DNA of 64,000 nucleotides from Eledone cirrhosa (Eukaryota), in NCBI GenBank assembly GCA_964016885.1, contig OZ024745.1, positions 133,052,001 through 133,116,000 on the forward strand, in the 5' to 3' direction. Made by a program: the position numbers and the translations under genes. The stretch's first letter is position 1, and every line of letters starts with the position of its first letter. Shown in pieces: positions 1 through 13,742 of this stretch. A model generated the notes under the pieces. The model saw nothing but the letters and a program-made list of their open reading frames with translations, was not told where the DNA came from and ran no database searches.

Positions 1-855
1 CAAGAGAAGTGGCAGAATGAAAGAATGAAACTGCGTTGTTATTACTGTATATAAATATTTAAACATATTTTTTTTAGACTTTCATTCAAAGGTATCTCCG
101 ATATTCTAGGAATTGACACCTAGCATCAGTCCATCGGAACGTACACAACTCTCGTTTAAAACACGTATCGCTGGAAAAACGAAAATTCAGATTGACGATC
201 ATAGATTCATATAAAGGCACTTACATTTACATGTTCTGAAAAAATCTTGATATAATTATTTCAACGTAACTTAGATTTAAAGATTTCGACATAAATGTCT
301 AGCAGTTTCCCGAATAGGAAGACATAGTTGTCCAAATGACACCGTTTCAATAAGAATAAAAACCCATAAACAATACAGACTTCCAAAGGATTGGAGAGAA
401 AGGAGAGTTGAAATGAGATGCAGAATACTTTACTACAGAAGATACATATTTATATTTTATATGACTTCTTCAGGACTCTTCATTTGTATGGACAGTACTT
501 GGATTACCTAAAATACTACTGTATTTTAAACACATACACATGAATACACGCACCAATATATATATATATATATATATATGGGGGGGGGCGTCTGTGTGTG
601 TGTGTTAGGTAGTTCGGAAGAAAAAGCAAATGAAAAAAGAGTGCCCTATGTATAGAACAGAGCTATTTAATTAGAAATTGAACAACACAAAATATAACTA
701 CTCCATTACCAAAGGTTTCTGGATCACAGACGATATTAATATACGTCTGGGTCGGTCGTCAGACATAGATGTTATAGATAAAAGATAAGAAATGAGATTT
801 AAAATCTGTGAAGCTGGAAAAATAACGGGAAATATACATAAGAATAGAAGGATAA

Positions 856-1066
<211 letters not shown>

Positions 1067-2016
1067 ATTCCAAAAGTCATCGAATTTATTTCAGTGACCT
1101 CTGGCCATAGCTGACACGCTCAATGAGATAACAAGTGGGCAGTTGATTGGCTGTTCGTTGCATTAAATGGGGGACACATAGTTAATTGGTGAGTTTTATG
1201 GCAGTGTTCAAGTATTTGTTACACTGAATCGATCTCCTTGAGAAGTAGAATATTTAATCTGAAACAATGTGAGATATGTGATAAATTATAAGAAGTTCAG
1301 GAAACCGCTGCAATGTGTGTATCTATCTATATGATACTAAAAGTCTGTGGTTGCTTGCTTGTCTGTAATGTAATGCAGCCAAAAGAGGCGCATAATGGGG
1401 AGATACTTTGAAAGAAAGTTGACATATAGATATGTATACAGACACACACATTTATATATATATAGACATACACACACGTATATATATGGGCCTTCCGGTT
1501 TCATTTCACATTATATACATGTCTGTGTATATTTTAATTATTTAAAAATTATTTTGAAGTGAACATAATTTTGAAAAATATTTTGAAGTGAAGGTGGTGG
1601 TCTAGTAGATATATAAAGGTGGTTTTGGGATACAGAATAACAATCAAATCAAAACAGGATAATTAGTTTTACCCAATATATATCAGCATAATAATTTATG
1701 GTTAATACCTTCTTTTCAAATGGAGAAACGATGCGTTCTGTTCCAATGGACCTTTAATATTTTGTGTATATTGGATTACGCATTTATGGAATAATGTTAA
1801 AAGCCACTCTGCCCCAAGTTCATTAGGTTGTTTTTTTTGTTCATATTTAATGTTTCATTAACCTCTCCACACATGTATGCATGCAGACATGCATACATAA
1901 CTACCTAATTGATGTTGTGTAAATTCCAATGAGAGACCCTTGTATGTTAGAAACCGACTCTCTATTGATAAAAAATTGTGAAATTATAAAACCAGAACAT
2001 ACACTCATACATACAT

Positions 2017-2630
2017 GGTGGCTGCCAACTCGTTTTCGAGTACGGCCAATACTTTATATGCATATAGGAGAACCCCTACCGATGCGCTGAACGAGTGTGA
2101 CTTTTTAGTCCAGCCAGCGACTTGAAAACTCTGGTACAAACACTACACTTGTGACAATTATTGACACATAGTGCTGGGCCCATGGTACCATGTGACGACA
2201 AGTGCAGGGAGATCTCCAGATATAAAGCAATGCCTGTGCCGTGAAGCTTTTATAGTGAGCAAAGGCACTGCACAAAGCCAGTCCCACTCTCTTAACCAAG
2301 ATGATATTTACCAAAAAGAAGAACACGTCAACATCATTGGATACCATCAGGGATTCAGGTGTTATATCAGAGTTTTCCTTATCCTAGAATTCTGCCTTGA
2401 CAAAGGCTAAGGGGTGATTTTGGACGGCCATTGACACTTAAGAGCTTTGACATACATACATACATACATACATACATACACACATACATACATACATACA
2501 TACATACATACATACATACATACATACATACATACATACATACATACATGGTGGCTGCCAACTCGTTTTCGAGTACGGCCACTACTTTATATCCATGTAG
2601 GAGAACACCTACCAATGCGCTGAACGAGTG
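2017..2630 (+). repeat. Two copies of an 81-bp unit (2017-2097, 2550-2630) associated with (CATA)n tracts; probable ends of a microsatellite-targeting retroelement
   Basis: GGTGGCTGCCAACTCGTTTTCGAGTACGGCC...GCTGAACGAGTG occurs twice, each copy directly after CATA repeats. Long (TACA)n at 2449-2548. Confidence 0.6.
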
Positions 2631-2952
2631 ATATACATACATACATACATACATACGATTCAAGGGATGACAATTTATTTTCTTTTACAACCTTGCCACC
2701 AGGAAGGTGGCCGGTCAAAAAATATACTCGAAATTAAGAGAAAGAGATATACATACATAGATACATACATACATAAATGTTAATGATGGATTTATTTTCA
2801 ATGCGTAGTTTTTGTAAATACAAAAGCTAGACGTCACACGACAACTCTGCTTCGAGCGAGATACAAGAAATCTACTTCGGACGATAGAAATATTTTCATA
2901 ACATTAACCTTGTCTCCACCTTCAATCTGTATGGCTGATCTTAGACTGATTA

Positions 2953-3620
2953 CACTGGTCAACAGTATGTTGCTCTTTTCCTGCTGAACTAAGTTTGACA
3001 CCTGCTCATGAGTAATATGAGGACGCTGAATTTAAAAATGGCAATACTTTTCTTCTATCTCGTGGCGTGACTGTTAAAAACGATGGATACTCTACAGTAT
3101 GATCTTCAGGAATGGAGACTCTTTATAGATATTTCAATAATGGAAACTTGATAGGTGTAATTCTTATTGGGCACACTGTGCATTTAAAAGAGATTCATGA
3201 AAACATAAAAGCTGTATTAGATTTACTCAAGTATAATGAAAACAAATGGGACATATGTGTGAATCTGAAAATTGTCAACATTTCACTTGGCCAACAAGGA
3301 GGGTATACAAAATATCTGTGTTTCCTGTGTTTATGGGATAGCCAAGTGAAAGACAAACATTGGGAACAGAAGCACAGGTCAGTTAGAAAAAGTTTGACTG
3401 TTGGGGAGAAGAATACCATACACCAACCACTTGTTGGACGAGAGAAAACCATCTTTCCATCCCTTCATATTAAAATAGGACTAATGAAGCAGTTTGCCAA
3501 AGCTCTTAATGTAGAAAATGACTGTTTCAAATGCATATGTACAACATTTCCTGCCAGAAGTTATGATAAAATAAAGGCTGGTGTTTTTGAGGCGATACAA
3601 ATCAGAAAGTTAAAGAAATG
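2953..3620 (+). mobile_element. Chapaev3 (CMC)-like DNA transposon fragment with partial transposase
   Basis: Starts CACTGGTCAACA (TIR-like). ORF 3112-3681 has IGHTVHLKE..Y..LGQQGGYTKYLCFLCLWDS..PSLHIKIGLMKQFAKAL..KIKAGVF, recognised as Chapaev3-type transposase motifs. Internally deleted and truncated. Confidence 0.75.
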
Positions 3621-3901
3621 CCTGGGGTTCAAAGACCTTCAACACTTCAACAAACTGCCAGGAAATTTAGTAGTTTGTTGAAGTGGATGTTTTCAAGAAA
3701 CATCTTGACACCCTGCTATTCAGAATCCTGGATGAACCTACAGCACGCTACAAAGGTAACCTAAGGGCAGCAGCAACGAACACCCTCTTAGACCAATGGC
3801 CAGCCAGCACAGGGTGGAGATAGGAGTGCAGCAGCTAGGACGGTACCCCAGCATGGCCTCAGCCGGATGGCTGGAACAGGCATTAGATTTTAGACTTTAG
3901 G
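3620..3901 (+). mobile_element. 3' end of a CR1-clade LINE
   Basis: Translates FKKHLDTLLFRILDEPTA..RAAATNTLLDQ, similar to the C-terminus of the CR1 at 53171-53467. Ends in short TTTAGA-like repeats. Confidence 0.6.
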
Positions 3902-3928
3902 TTATATATATATATATGTATATATATA

Positions 3929-4116
3929 CCGGATTGTGGTAAGGAACCAGAGAGACCATAACGCACGAGAGTACTCAATACTTAGGGTAGTAGAGTGGGT
4001 AATAGGAAAATGTATGACCCCGATGGCAGAGCTCAAGCCGTTTAGACGGCTATTTCTGAGTCCAGAAATAGCCGTCGAAACGGCTTGAGCTCTGCCGTCG
4101 GGGTCATACATTTTCA
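3929..4116 (-). mobile_element. Short PLE-end fold-back, family A
   Basis: Inverted arms ~4003-4058 and ~4063-4116 plus a ~75-nt unpaired tail, flanked by (TA)n. Homologous to 9107-9161, 11803-11862, 26809-27017 and 58069-58246. Confidence 0.8.
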
Positions 4117-4129
4117 TATATATATATAT

Positions 4130-4215
<86 letters not shown>

Positions 4216-4890
4216 TATCAATGAGTTATAGACTATGTTGATGAGTATTCAACAGAGTTATGTTCATAATAGATATGAAGCACTCTACAGTTAAAATTTA
4301 TCTGGAGTAGTATAATAAAAATATTAGTAATAAATGGCAATATATCACTATAACAACATAATCTATTTCGTTATATATATATTTCAAGGATACTAATTTA
4401 TAGGATGCACTCTTCCGGCAAAATGCAATATTTGATGTTAGGCACCCTGCAGGGTAAACTAAAGATGACAAAGAGTTCGAAGAATGACCTTTGAGGTGAA
4501 AAGCTACATCCTACACGAGGTGTCTCTGTTATGGCTATCATAGTATTGTCTAGCAGAACAGGTCGGGTCTACTGGAGTAAGCCTCTATAAAACAAAAACC
4601 CTTCTCATTTCACAGACCTCGGCCTCGTGATTAGCAGTGGCTTGTCAGATGATCGACTAATAATTCGAAAAGTTTGGCGAAGCTGCTCCATTTCGCTTAT
4701 AAATCTGTAAGTATGCAGGTGTTGTGAGCCGCATATATACTAGCCATTAGAAAAAGCAAAGTGAATGATTTCCCTTCAATACCGGGTTCAATCGGTGGTA
4801 ACCACAGTAAGTAAGGTACTCAATACATAACAGAGTATAAATATTTAATATAGAAATGGCTTCTACAGCACTATATATATATATATATAT

Positions 4891-5100
4891 AGTAATAATA
4901 ATAAATGTGAAGACTAAAATCCAAAGAGGGCTCGATAAGGATAATTATATATCAAATATATAAAAACCCTAGTGCAAATATTTATTAAAATAACAGATTA
5001 AAGTTTAAGCAAAGAATCGCTGCTTTCACCCTTAAGATCCCGTTAAGGGTGAAAGCAGCGATTCTTTGCTTAAACGTTAATCTGTTATTTTAATAAATAA
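4891..5100 (-). mobile_element. Short PLE-end fold-back, family B
   Basis: Near-perfect arms ~4978-5035 and ~5043-5100 around GATCCCG, tail 4891-4977, (TA)n flanks. Homologous to 56076-56200. Confidence 0.75.
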
Positions 5101-5129
<29 letters not shown>

Positions 5130-5138
<9 letters not shown>

Positions 5139-5506
5139 ATATTAAATAAATGGAAACTATATTTATATAACCATATTTATTCTATTATATATATTTCAAG
5201 GGTGCCAAAAACTTTGGTACGTTTTCATCATATAAAATACTATCCAAGGAGAATTCAACTGATAAGGTATGTTCCTTGGCTATGTCAAAATGTATAAAAC
5301 ACACTTTGTATTTTATCTGATGAAAGCGTACCAAAGTTTTTGGTACCCTTGAAATATATATAATAGAATAAATATGGTTTTATAAATATAGTTTCCATTT
5401 ATTTAATATAATTGAATATTTACTCCAGAAAACTGTCGAGTGCTATGAATCATTTATAAACATTTATAATTGTTGAATTTCCAACAAATTAAATATCCCT
5501 TCTACG
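5130..5506 (+). mobile_element. Short Naiad-type PLE fold-back (same family as 13630-17860)
   Basis: Inverted copies of the ribozyme-bearing terminus (5130-5240 minus, 5305-5420 plus) plus a tail to ~5506. Clearly similar to 13630-13745 and 17655-17860. Confidence 0.85.
5309..5370 (+). ncRNA. Type I minimal hammerhead ribozyme
   Basis: TATTTTAT-CTGATGA-AAGCGTACCA..TGGTACCCTT-GAAA-TATATA-TA^ATAGAATA. Intact core, stems I and II pair, short palindromic stem III. Confidence 0.85.
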
Positions 5507-6909
5507 TATATATATATATACTTTTAATACTGCATATACATATTATACATATTTGTATAAAGAAACATATGTAAGCCGGAGGTTTAAGGATTCAACTGCT
5601 TAAAAGTGTATATACTTGATACAGTCAATAGCGCAACTTGTAGATAATACTATTATAACGCTGGTTGTGGTGTTGTCGGAAAATACACATTGTCCTTTAA
5701 TCAGTTGACTTTTAATCATGCAATGTTTATACACAAACGACTCAGGTATCATGAATAGATACACAGAGAACCTTACAGCTGATTAAATCCAGACAGATAA
5801 ACACGGACAAATCATGTAAGAGAAAAAACATCTATTGTTCAATTAATATTAAATAAAAGCCATTTACTTCCGAGGTCTGAAGTAAAATGTCACCGGATGA
5901 AAAAGAATACTCGTATCAAATACTTATATCCATTTGGAAAACACTGTTTATGATCAATGCATCTAAAATACATTTATAAAAATACAAAACCTTACGGCAA
6001 ACGACACTAAGTCTAGACATTCGTACTACACATATGGCATTTCGTTTTATTTCTACACACTTTCAGACATTTAACTAAGTTATGTAAATTCTAATGGCGT
6101 TAGAATAATAAAACATATTACATGTTATTTGCAGTTCGAAAATGTTAGAGTAACATTTTCTCGAAACATCAGATGTTTTATTTTAGTATTAATATTTCCA
6201 AAATATATACAGTTTGTCATAACATAATAAGTGTTTGATTAATTATTCTCAACATTGTGGCGACCCGGACAACGTGAAATTACTTAATAGGTGACAAGTA
6301 ACGATTCTACAACATTAATTATAACTGAAAATATATTAAAATACTCAATCACACTTAAGAAGCATTTCATTTGAAAGAGAGGCAAAAATCAGATCCACGC
6401 ACTTATACAACAACGTATACACACACATACACACAAGTACATGCACGGACACATTATTGCTGATACACACACACACAGCAGCCGATATTCAAGACACTGA
6501 TATCAATTCGCAACTATAATAATAAATTCATACATAGAGAATGTATATATAGATATATGTATATGTACATACATATATATATATAGTATTAAGGATACTA
6601 TTTATGGTTATGTAATAATCTAACCTAATACACCAAACATCCAATACTGAATCATCGTTAATTTTGTGAAGGACATATAATCTATATATTACGTTTCCTG
6701 GATTGTGAAAATGGTGGTGTATACAAAAAAAATAACATTATTTTGCTTCTCATTATTAATATTTCTCTGCACACAAGCCTGTTTATCATACATAAAAAAT
6801 ACTTTACCAATACAACCCCCATAATACTCTTGATTACTCGCTTAAAGTGCTTGTATTGCATATAACACCTTGTCGCACAATAATCTTATATAAATAAGAC
6901 ACACGTGCA

Positions 6910-6985
6910 TTACGGGGTCGATAAAATAAAGTACCAGTAATGTACTGGATAATTGCTGGCCTTGTGCCAAAAGTAGAAACAATTA
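6910..6985 (+). mobile_element. SINE 3' fragment
   Basis: TTACGGGGTCGATAAAATAAAGTACCAG...GCTGGCCTTGTGCCAAAAGTAGAAAC, shared with full-length copies. Confidence 0.85.
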
Positions 6986-7040
6986 TATTATATTATATTA
7001 TATATGCATGAATATTGTATTAAACTTGCGAATTGAAATC

Positions 7041-7144
7041 AGTGACACGAATGCCAGCTGCGTCGTGCTTGAACACACGAAGAAGTGTTGGCGAAGGGAA
7101 TAAAGTGATAGAGAGAACAAAGTAAAAAGAGAGCAAGGGCTCAG
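7041..7144 (+). other. Candidate first (non-coding) exon
   Basis: Initiator-like TCAGT at 7039-7043, AT-rich TATA-like sequence upstream, consensus donor CAG|GTGAGT at 7144/7145. No transcript evidence. Confidence 0.35.
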
Positions 7145-7429
7145 GTGAGTATAAAGAAATATAGGTTTAGTAAGTGCATGTTGACGTTTATATAAATAAA
7201 GCAGACAATGCAGTTAATTATCAATATGAACGACGGATGCCTCTGTACATCCTCAGGCACCCAACCCCATTCCATTACCCCCGTTACTTACGTGACCTCT
7301 TTATTTGAAGGTCATATTTGTCCTCTCTAGATCCAACCTTTGCTTTCTATCTCCATACGTTCAGAAACTAGCACTCCACATTTTGGAGTGTTTTAGCTGC
7401 CTTTTCACAACGGCATCTATGCAATGTCG

Positions 7430-7540
7430 TCTACATCTGCTAAACTTATGGCTGATTGAGAAACGTCTTCTACATCTGCCAAACATATTACTAGTTGTGC
7501 AATATACTCTACATGTGCCAAACCTATTGCTAGATTACGA
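7430..7540. repeat. Three degenerate ~39-bp tandem units
   Basis: TCTACATCTGC(T/C)AAAC core recurs at ~7430, 7469 and 7508. Confidence 0.65.
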
Positions 7541-8216
7541 GGTTACGAGATCGTTTTGCCGAAGATGCCCGGAACATTCGTCTCGAAAGCGATTACCCGT
7601 CACTTTCACTCATCCGAAAATTCCGCGAGTAAATTAAACGTATTTGAATTGCCTCTACATCGCAGCTCACAATTTCTGACTAAGCTGTGAACAAGAGCCG
7701 TTTAGTTTGTAAAATTCAAATACAATTGGACTAAACTTACAATCAAAGTTCCACTAATCCTTCTCCTTTTCATCTGTTTACTTTGTGTATTCGACTTAAC
7801 ACAAAATTATATACGCTTGCTTTTATGTTAAAATTAACTCCCCTGCTTAACTCCATTTTTCTTACGCAAAAATGTTAAAATATTTTAAACGTATTTTTAT
7901 TTCCTGTTCTTGTGGTTGTTTGATCTTGCTTCCTTGTGATTATCTATTCCACCTCTCTACCCTCTATAGAAGCTACTTGGCTAGAACGCTGCATACTAAC
8001 GTATTACACGTAACCAAACAGCAAAGCTAACAATCTCAAGTTCGGACGACTTTCATTTTGTCTCTGCTCCCTGTTACTAACTTTCGACACGTTGGAAACA
8101 TTTTGTTACTGATTTCATGCAAAAGTTAAGATAATAACACTATCGATAGTTGCACTCTGTGATTGTTTTCACTGATTTCATTAATTTTACTTGATAGCAC
8201 TACATATGCGCACCAA

Positions 8217-8275
<59 letters not shown>

Positions 8276-8321
8276 AATGAATAATAGCAGGTAGACATCA
8301 TAAAAAGGTAATTTATTCTGT

Positions 8322-8436
8322 GTGCTTACAAATGTTTCCACGGTGGTACTACAGCCTAGTTATGCTATGTGCAAATTTACAAGAATTTGCAGAAATCAAA
8401 TATCCAATGCTGTGACCACTGTATCCTCAGAGCAGA
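8322..8436 (-). ncRNA. Hammerhead ribozyme with greatly extended stem II, in a PLE terminal fragment between (TA)n tracts
   Basis: Minus strand reads TGCT-CTGAGGA-TACAGTGGTCACAGC...GCTGTAGTACCACCGTG-GAAA-CATTTG-TA^AGCA. Confidence 0.7.
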
Positions 8437-8922
8437 AACTAAGTTTCTTCAACAGTTCTTCCATAACTCGTAGAGTAACCTCTCACCGTACGTCAACCAT
8501 ATCCAGTGTAGTAATTAACCATTACTACATCTTGGGTAATCCTATACCTAATATATATATATATACATATATATATATATGCGTGTGTATGCTTTAATTC
8601 CTTTAAATCTTCATCAACACTCATTAACACCCCACACCCCAGACACATCCAAACTTCTCTTATATATAGAGTCACACATCACAACACAACCTGATCTCAG
8701 TTTGACAAACGCCACCGACGAATGCGAGAAAGTTCTCCAGGAAAGTTAACCAGGAATATATAAAAAAATCTTCCCATCGAAGTTAACAAAGAACTTACTA
8801 GATCTACCAACTCATTATATTATAATATTTTTAAATTAAATCAAATTATCTAGACTAAATGTGGAGTCATTCTTTTCCTTTTTTTTCAAATATACCTAAC
8901 TGTACCATGGATCTCACACATG

Positions 8923-8998
<76 letters not shown>

Positions 8999-9023
8999 CA
9001 TATATATATACACACACACACAC

Positions 9024-9090
<67 letters not shown>

Positions 9091-9106
9091 CATACATATA
9101 TATATA

Positions 9107-9158
9107 TAGAAATAGCCGTCGATACGGCTTGAGCTCTACCGTCGGAGTCAAAAACTTT

Positions 9159-9161
<3 letters not shown>
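9107..9161 (+). mobile_element. Family A single-arm fragment in (TA)n
   Basis: AGAAATAGCCGTCGATACGGCTTGAGCTCTACCGTCGG matches 4065-4116. Confidence 0.75.
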
Positions 9162-9196
<35 letters not shown>

Positions 9197-9752
9197 CGTT
9201 CGTTTCAGAGGATCTATTCGGTAAATATATAAGTTGTTGATTAATAGATAGTGGTTATGTCACTACGTATTTCTAGTCTCGATATTCTGGATCCATGTCA
9301 TGGTCTTCCTCAGAAACAATGAACTATAATTTTATATTTGCGAGATATATAAGGAGGTTGAAACGCACCAGTTGGATAACTTTACTGGGAGAAACAAATA
9401 AATGAAGAAGGATGCATAAATCAAAGATAAAGAAATCGAAACAGAAAAACGACTATAAAAAAATAAAACATTGAGTTGAAAAGTCGAGTAGAAAGATTAG
9501 AAAAAATTGTATTAGAAAAGGATAGAAATACGCAGGAAAAAATGATAAAATGACATTAAGCCATAAACAATAGAGGTCATTTAACACGGAAACCATTTTA
9601 GGTGTATAAAGTATTAAATGAGTGAAAAAGGAACTAAATATTTGAACTGTTTGACCGATATCAGCCTTCTATACCAACGACTCCCAGTCTGCGATATCCT
9701 TCTAAAATATGAAAGATATTTTGATGTTGGCAACCATGGACGAGTATTTATA

Positions 9753-9809
<57 letters not shown>

Positions 9810-9845
9810 GTAAAAGTTCTATTTAAATTGTTGGGATACAACAAG

Positions 9846-9903
<58 letters not shown>

Positions 9904-10227
9904 CATGTACATAGGCTTATAAATAGAAAAGGATAGACCGAGACACCAACTAACCTACATATAATTTATTGTTGATCTTTTTAACTTGCACCGTAAATAC
10001 TTATCATTGTATATATATTTCTACACTTAGGCGTACACACACGCACATACACACACATACACACACATACACACGCGCACACATATATATTTCCAAAGTT
10101 AGGCTTACACAGGTACATACTCATACTTATATATATACTCAGACTCACAGACACAGACACGCACACACACGCACACACATATATATTTATATATACACAC
10201 ATCTTCAAATATATGTACACACAGACA

Positions 10228-10688
10228 TCTTAGTCTTAGGTTCTTCCGTGCCGTTCGGCGCATCGTGCAGTAAGTAGTCGCCGATGGTCACGATAAGCGG
10301 CGGCGTTTCCGGGTCCGTGCTAAGTAATGTTGACCGCTATCAGGTCTCTTTGGATCATTCGTTGCCGGCTGCTCCTGGGGCACACCCGCCCCTGTTTGCA
10401 GCCAGGTGGAGTCCAGTTCATTGCTGTTTTCTAGTGTCGTTCATTGGGCAGGCGCAGAATATGGCCAGCGCCACGAGTCGCTTCTCCACAGAATTTCCTC
10501 GTTTCGCACTCTGTCGCGCCAGAACACTAACCATCCTTCTCAGGCCCCACTAGTTGAATGCGTTCAGCCGTCTCTCTATCTTTGTCCTGCTCCTCCAGGT
10601 TTTACTCGCATAAAGCAATGTCGACAGCACGTTTGTCTTGTACAGGCGCAGCTTGATCCTGATGCTGATGTATGAAGACGACCAGGCA
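10228..10688 (-). mobile_element. RTE-clade LINE 3' fragment
   Basis: Minus strand translates LAGHILRLPNER..TAMNWTPPGCKQGR..PR....MIQRDL. Ends in a CTAAGACTAAGA tail. Confidence 0.8.
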
Positions 10689-11712
10689 TATATATATCTA
10701 CCCTATTTACAAGTGCCCGGATTCTTTCACTCACAACCAACAATAAATGAAGAAAAATTATTCATTAACAAATTTAAATGATAATTAAATCTGTAATCAC
10801 CCCATTAGATTCTGAAACACACGCACACACCAGGAAATAAGAGAAAAAAATTGCTTATACACATATTTACATTTTTTTAATTTCCCCCCACAAAGAAACC
10901 TGTGACAGGCAGGCTAAACACACACACACACCACTCTCCCACATACATACACACATGTGTGTATTCTTTTATATAAACACTGTCACACGTACACACTCAC
11001 CCTCTCTAAAACCATATTCCGAAAATAGAATCTCTTTTACAACCCTACTGTTGCCAATCCCATAAAATTTGTCTCTAGCTTACAATCCCCACTTCACCCA
11101 TCTAAACTCTTGACCAGTCCACTAACACAATTTAGATACACACACATATTTACAGAATATTTCCTTTGTCCCTAAAAACAATTTTGTTCTGTGAAGAAAC
11201 ACTACCACCACCCCTGCTGCTGCTACTATCACCTCCCTCTCTATAGACAAGAGTGAATTTTCCAGTCGCCTTCTCAACAAGGAAGATGAAAAAAACTTAC
11301 CTCAACGCTTAATTTTAAATCTTTAATTTTTAGTTTTTAATTCTTATTAATTCATTTTAATTCAAATACTCAACATTTGATAAGAGGTACTTTACTAATA
11401 CATACTTTATATAGTTTATATACCTTATATACATTAAAAAAAGTCTTTTTTTTTAAAGAATTGTTCCTCTCATTTTGTCAATAATGCCAATTTGACGATT
11501 CAAAGAAATGGGAAAAAAAGATATATATATATATATAATATATTATATATATATATGTGTGTATGTGTGTGTGTGTGTGTGTGTGTGCGTGTGTGTGTGT
11601 GTGTGCGTGTGTGTGTGTGTGTGTATTGGGCTCCGCCAGATTTAAACGTTCCCAAGACACGGCATATGACGGTGCTTCTACGACTCCACAAGAAGTTATG
11701 GGATCTTTATCC

Positions 11713-11802
<90 letters not shown>

Positions 11803-11804
<2 letters not shown>

Positions 11805-11862
11805 GTCCAGAAATAGGCGTCGTAACGGCTTGAGTTCTACCGTTGGGCTTAAAATCTTTCGT
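11803..11862 (+). mobile_element. Family A single-arm fragment in (TA)n
   Basis: AGTCCAGAAATAGGCGTCGTAACGGCTTGAGTTCTACCG matches family A. Confidence 0.7.
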
Positions 11863-12676
11863 ATATATATATAAATATATATATAATGATAAAGATCCCA
11901 GGGCAGCATTCTCTCCACCAAATGTAGTGGCCTTGTTACGAAGTATAAAACTATTTTGTTCACATTAAAACAAGTTATATTCTTTTATGGACGGTGAGAA
12001 AAATGAGTTATATCCAATATAAGTTGTATTTAGCTACATTCCACTGCTTTCCAGTTTGTCTTCCATTATTCCAGTTTCAATAAAATACATATAGGTGAAA
12101 TAACTGGCTCGACCACTTCTTTATATTGTGTATCGAGTAGATCCCTCATTGAGTCATTTAATTATCCATAACTTGTTCCATTATTTCCTGAGAAATGCCT
12201 GATTCTTTCACTACAGCTTTGTATTTTCTAAGCTTTCCTTACTAGGAAAAAATGCATTCGTTATAGAATGGTGTTCCTGACAATCTTTCATCTTCAAACT
12301 TCAATATAAGGCTTTCCTCATTCTTCACTTATATTTTTGTGTTCGTTTTGTTTTTAAAATCTGATTTATTTATTTTGTATTTGGTTGTATCACTTTTGTT
12401 TTTCTTTTTTGTTTTCTCAGTAATTTCAACGCCAGAACGTTATTAAATATACATGAGACAACCGACATTAATTGATTTATATTCCTTATATTATTTTAGT
12501 TCATTTGCTGTAGTATTATTTCTAATTTATGATTAGCTACTTCGATAAGGGTTCTACCATTACGCTCAAAAATATTCCGTTAGATTAGGTCTCTCCAATA
12601 TTTCGCATCAGTTGTGTTTCTTACTTTAGAAGTATTTTTTTGTAGTATCGAATTTCAATTTTTTTTTTCCTTTTAG

Positions 12677-12772
12677 CCTAATGATACGCTGATGTTGTTC
12701 TCCACATGTGACTTGGCTCTGAACTTCTGAAAGACCATGGACGTCGTTCCTGTTAAATTCTGTACAATCATG
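12677..12772 (+). other. Candidate exon containing a translation start (MDVVPVKFCTIM, 12737-12772, phase-0 donor)
   Basis: Long polypyrimidine acceptor TTTTTTTTCCTTTTAG, Kozak-like ACCATGG, donor ATG|GTAAGT. Product unknown. Confidence 0.5.
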
Positions 12773-13263
12773 GTAAGTGTAAATGCTAAAATTGTTGATC
12801 CTGTCCTTGTTTAGTAACAACTTATTTCTGTTCCAACAATCTGCAGCTATCAAAGTTTTCGTTTATCATGCATTCCAAATCTGCTTGTTTTGAATCTCAT
12901 ATATTTCGGAATGAAATGCAAACAAACTGCCATTTAGGAATACGTTCGACTACCACATGACACCGAGCCTTCTCCATGTTACAATCATTTATTATATTCA
13001 AATGACGTATTATTTATGCTCTTCATTAAAAACATTGTTTCCTTTATATGTAACATTGCATACCAATGATACATATCATTACCTACATGTGTTCAATACA
13101 ATATTAACTTGCTTGGTTTTGTTATACTGTACATAATATTATAACTATGTTAATTCCGGATGTTCAATTAAAATTCACATAAAATAATAAATTACTCTCT
13201 TAATTCATCTGAATGAAAAACATTATATTTCTGGTTCATTAAAGTGTATTTATTAATATGAAG

Positions 13264-13353
<90 letters not shown>

Positions 13354-13676
13354 ATTATATATATATACAAAGATAGAATACATGTCACAGCTTTCACTCT
13401 AACGGTACAAGTGACATATATTAGTATTTACCCGTGATAATTTACATATACTCTCTCACTACCAAGAGAAATTACCACCTGTTCCATTATGTCATTAGCG
13501 TGTGAGTAAAAATACAGAAACAAATGTTTGGTATTCTCAGAGCCACTGGGATAGTTATGACAGGGTCACTGCTTTTATAAGTTCATAGCGTTATTCTTGT
13601 ATGTTTATCATATATATGTGTGCATATATATATACAATATATTAACAAATGGAAACTATATTTATAAAACCATATT

Positions 13677-13742
13677 TATTTTATTATAGATATTTCAAGG
13701 GCCAACAAGGCAAATTATGGTGCGCTTTCATCAGATAAAATA
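13677..13742 (-). ncRNA. Type I minimal hammerhead ribozyme
   Basis: Minus strand reads TATTTTAT-CTGATGA-AAG..CTT-GAAA-TATCTA-TA^ATAAAATA, with a perfect 8-bp stem I. Confidence 0.85.

Noticed and set aside
5130-5506. Classical retrozyme
   Set aside because: The ribozyme-bearing repeats are inverted rather than direct or tandem, and they match the ends of a coding PLE.
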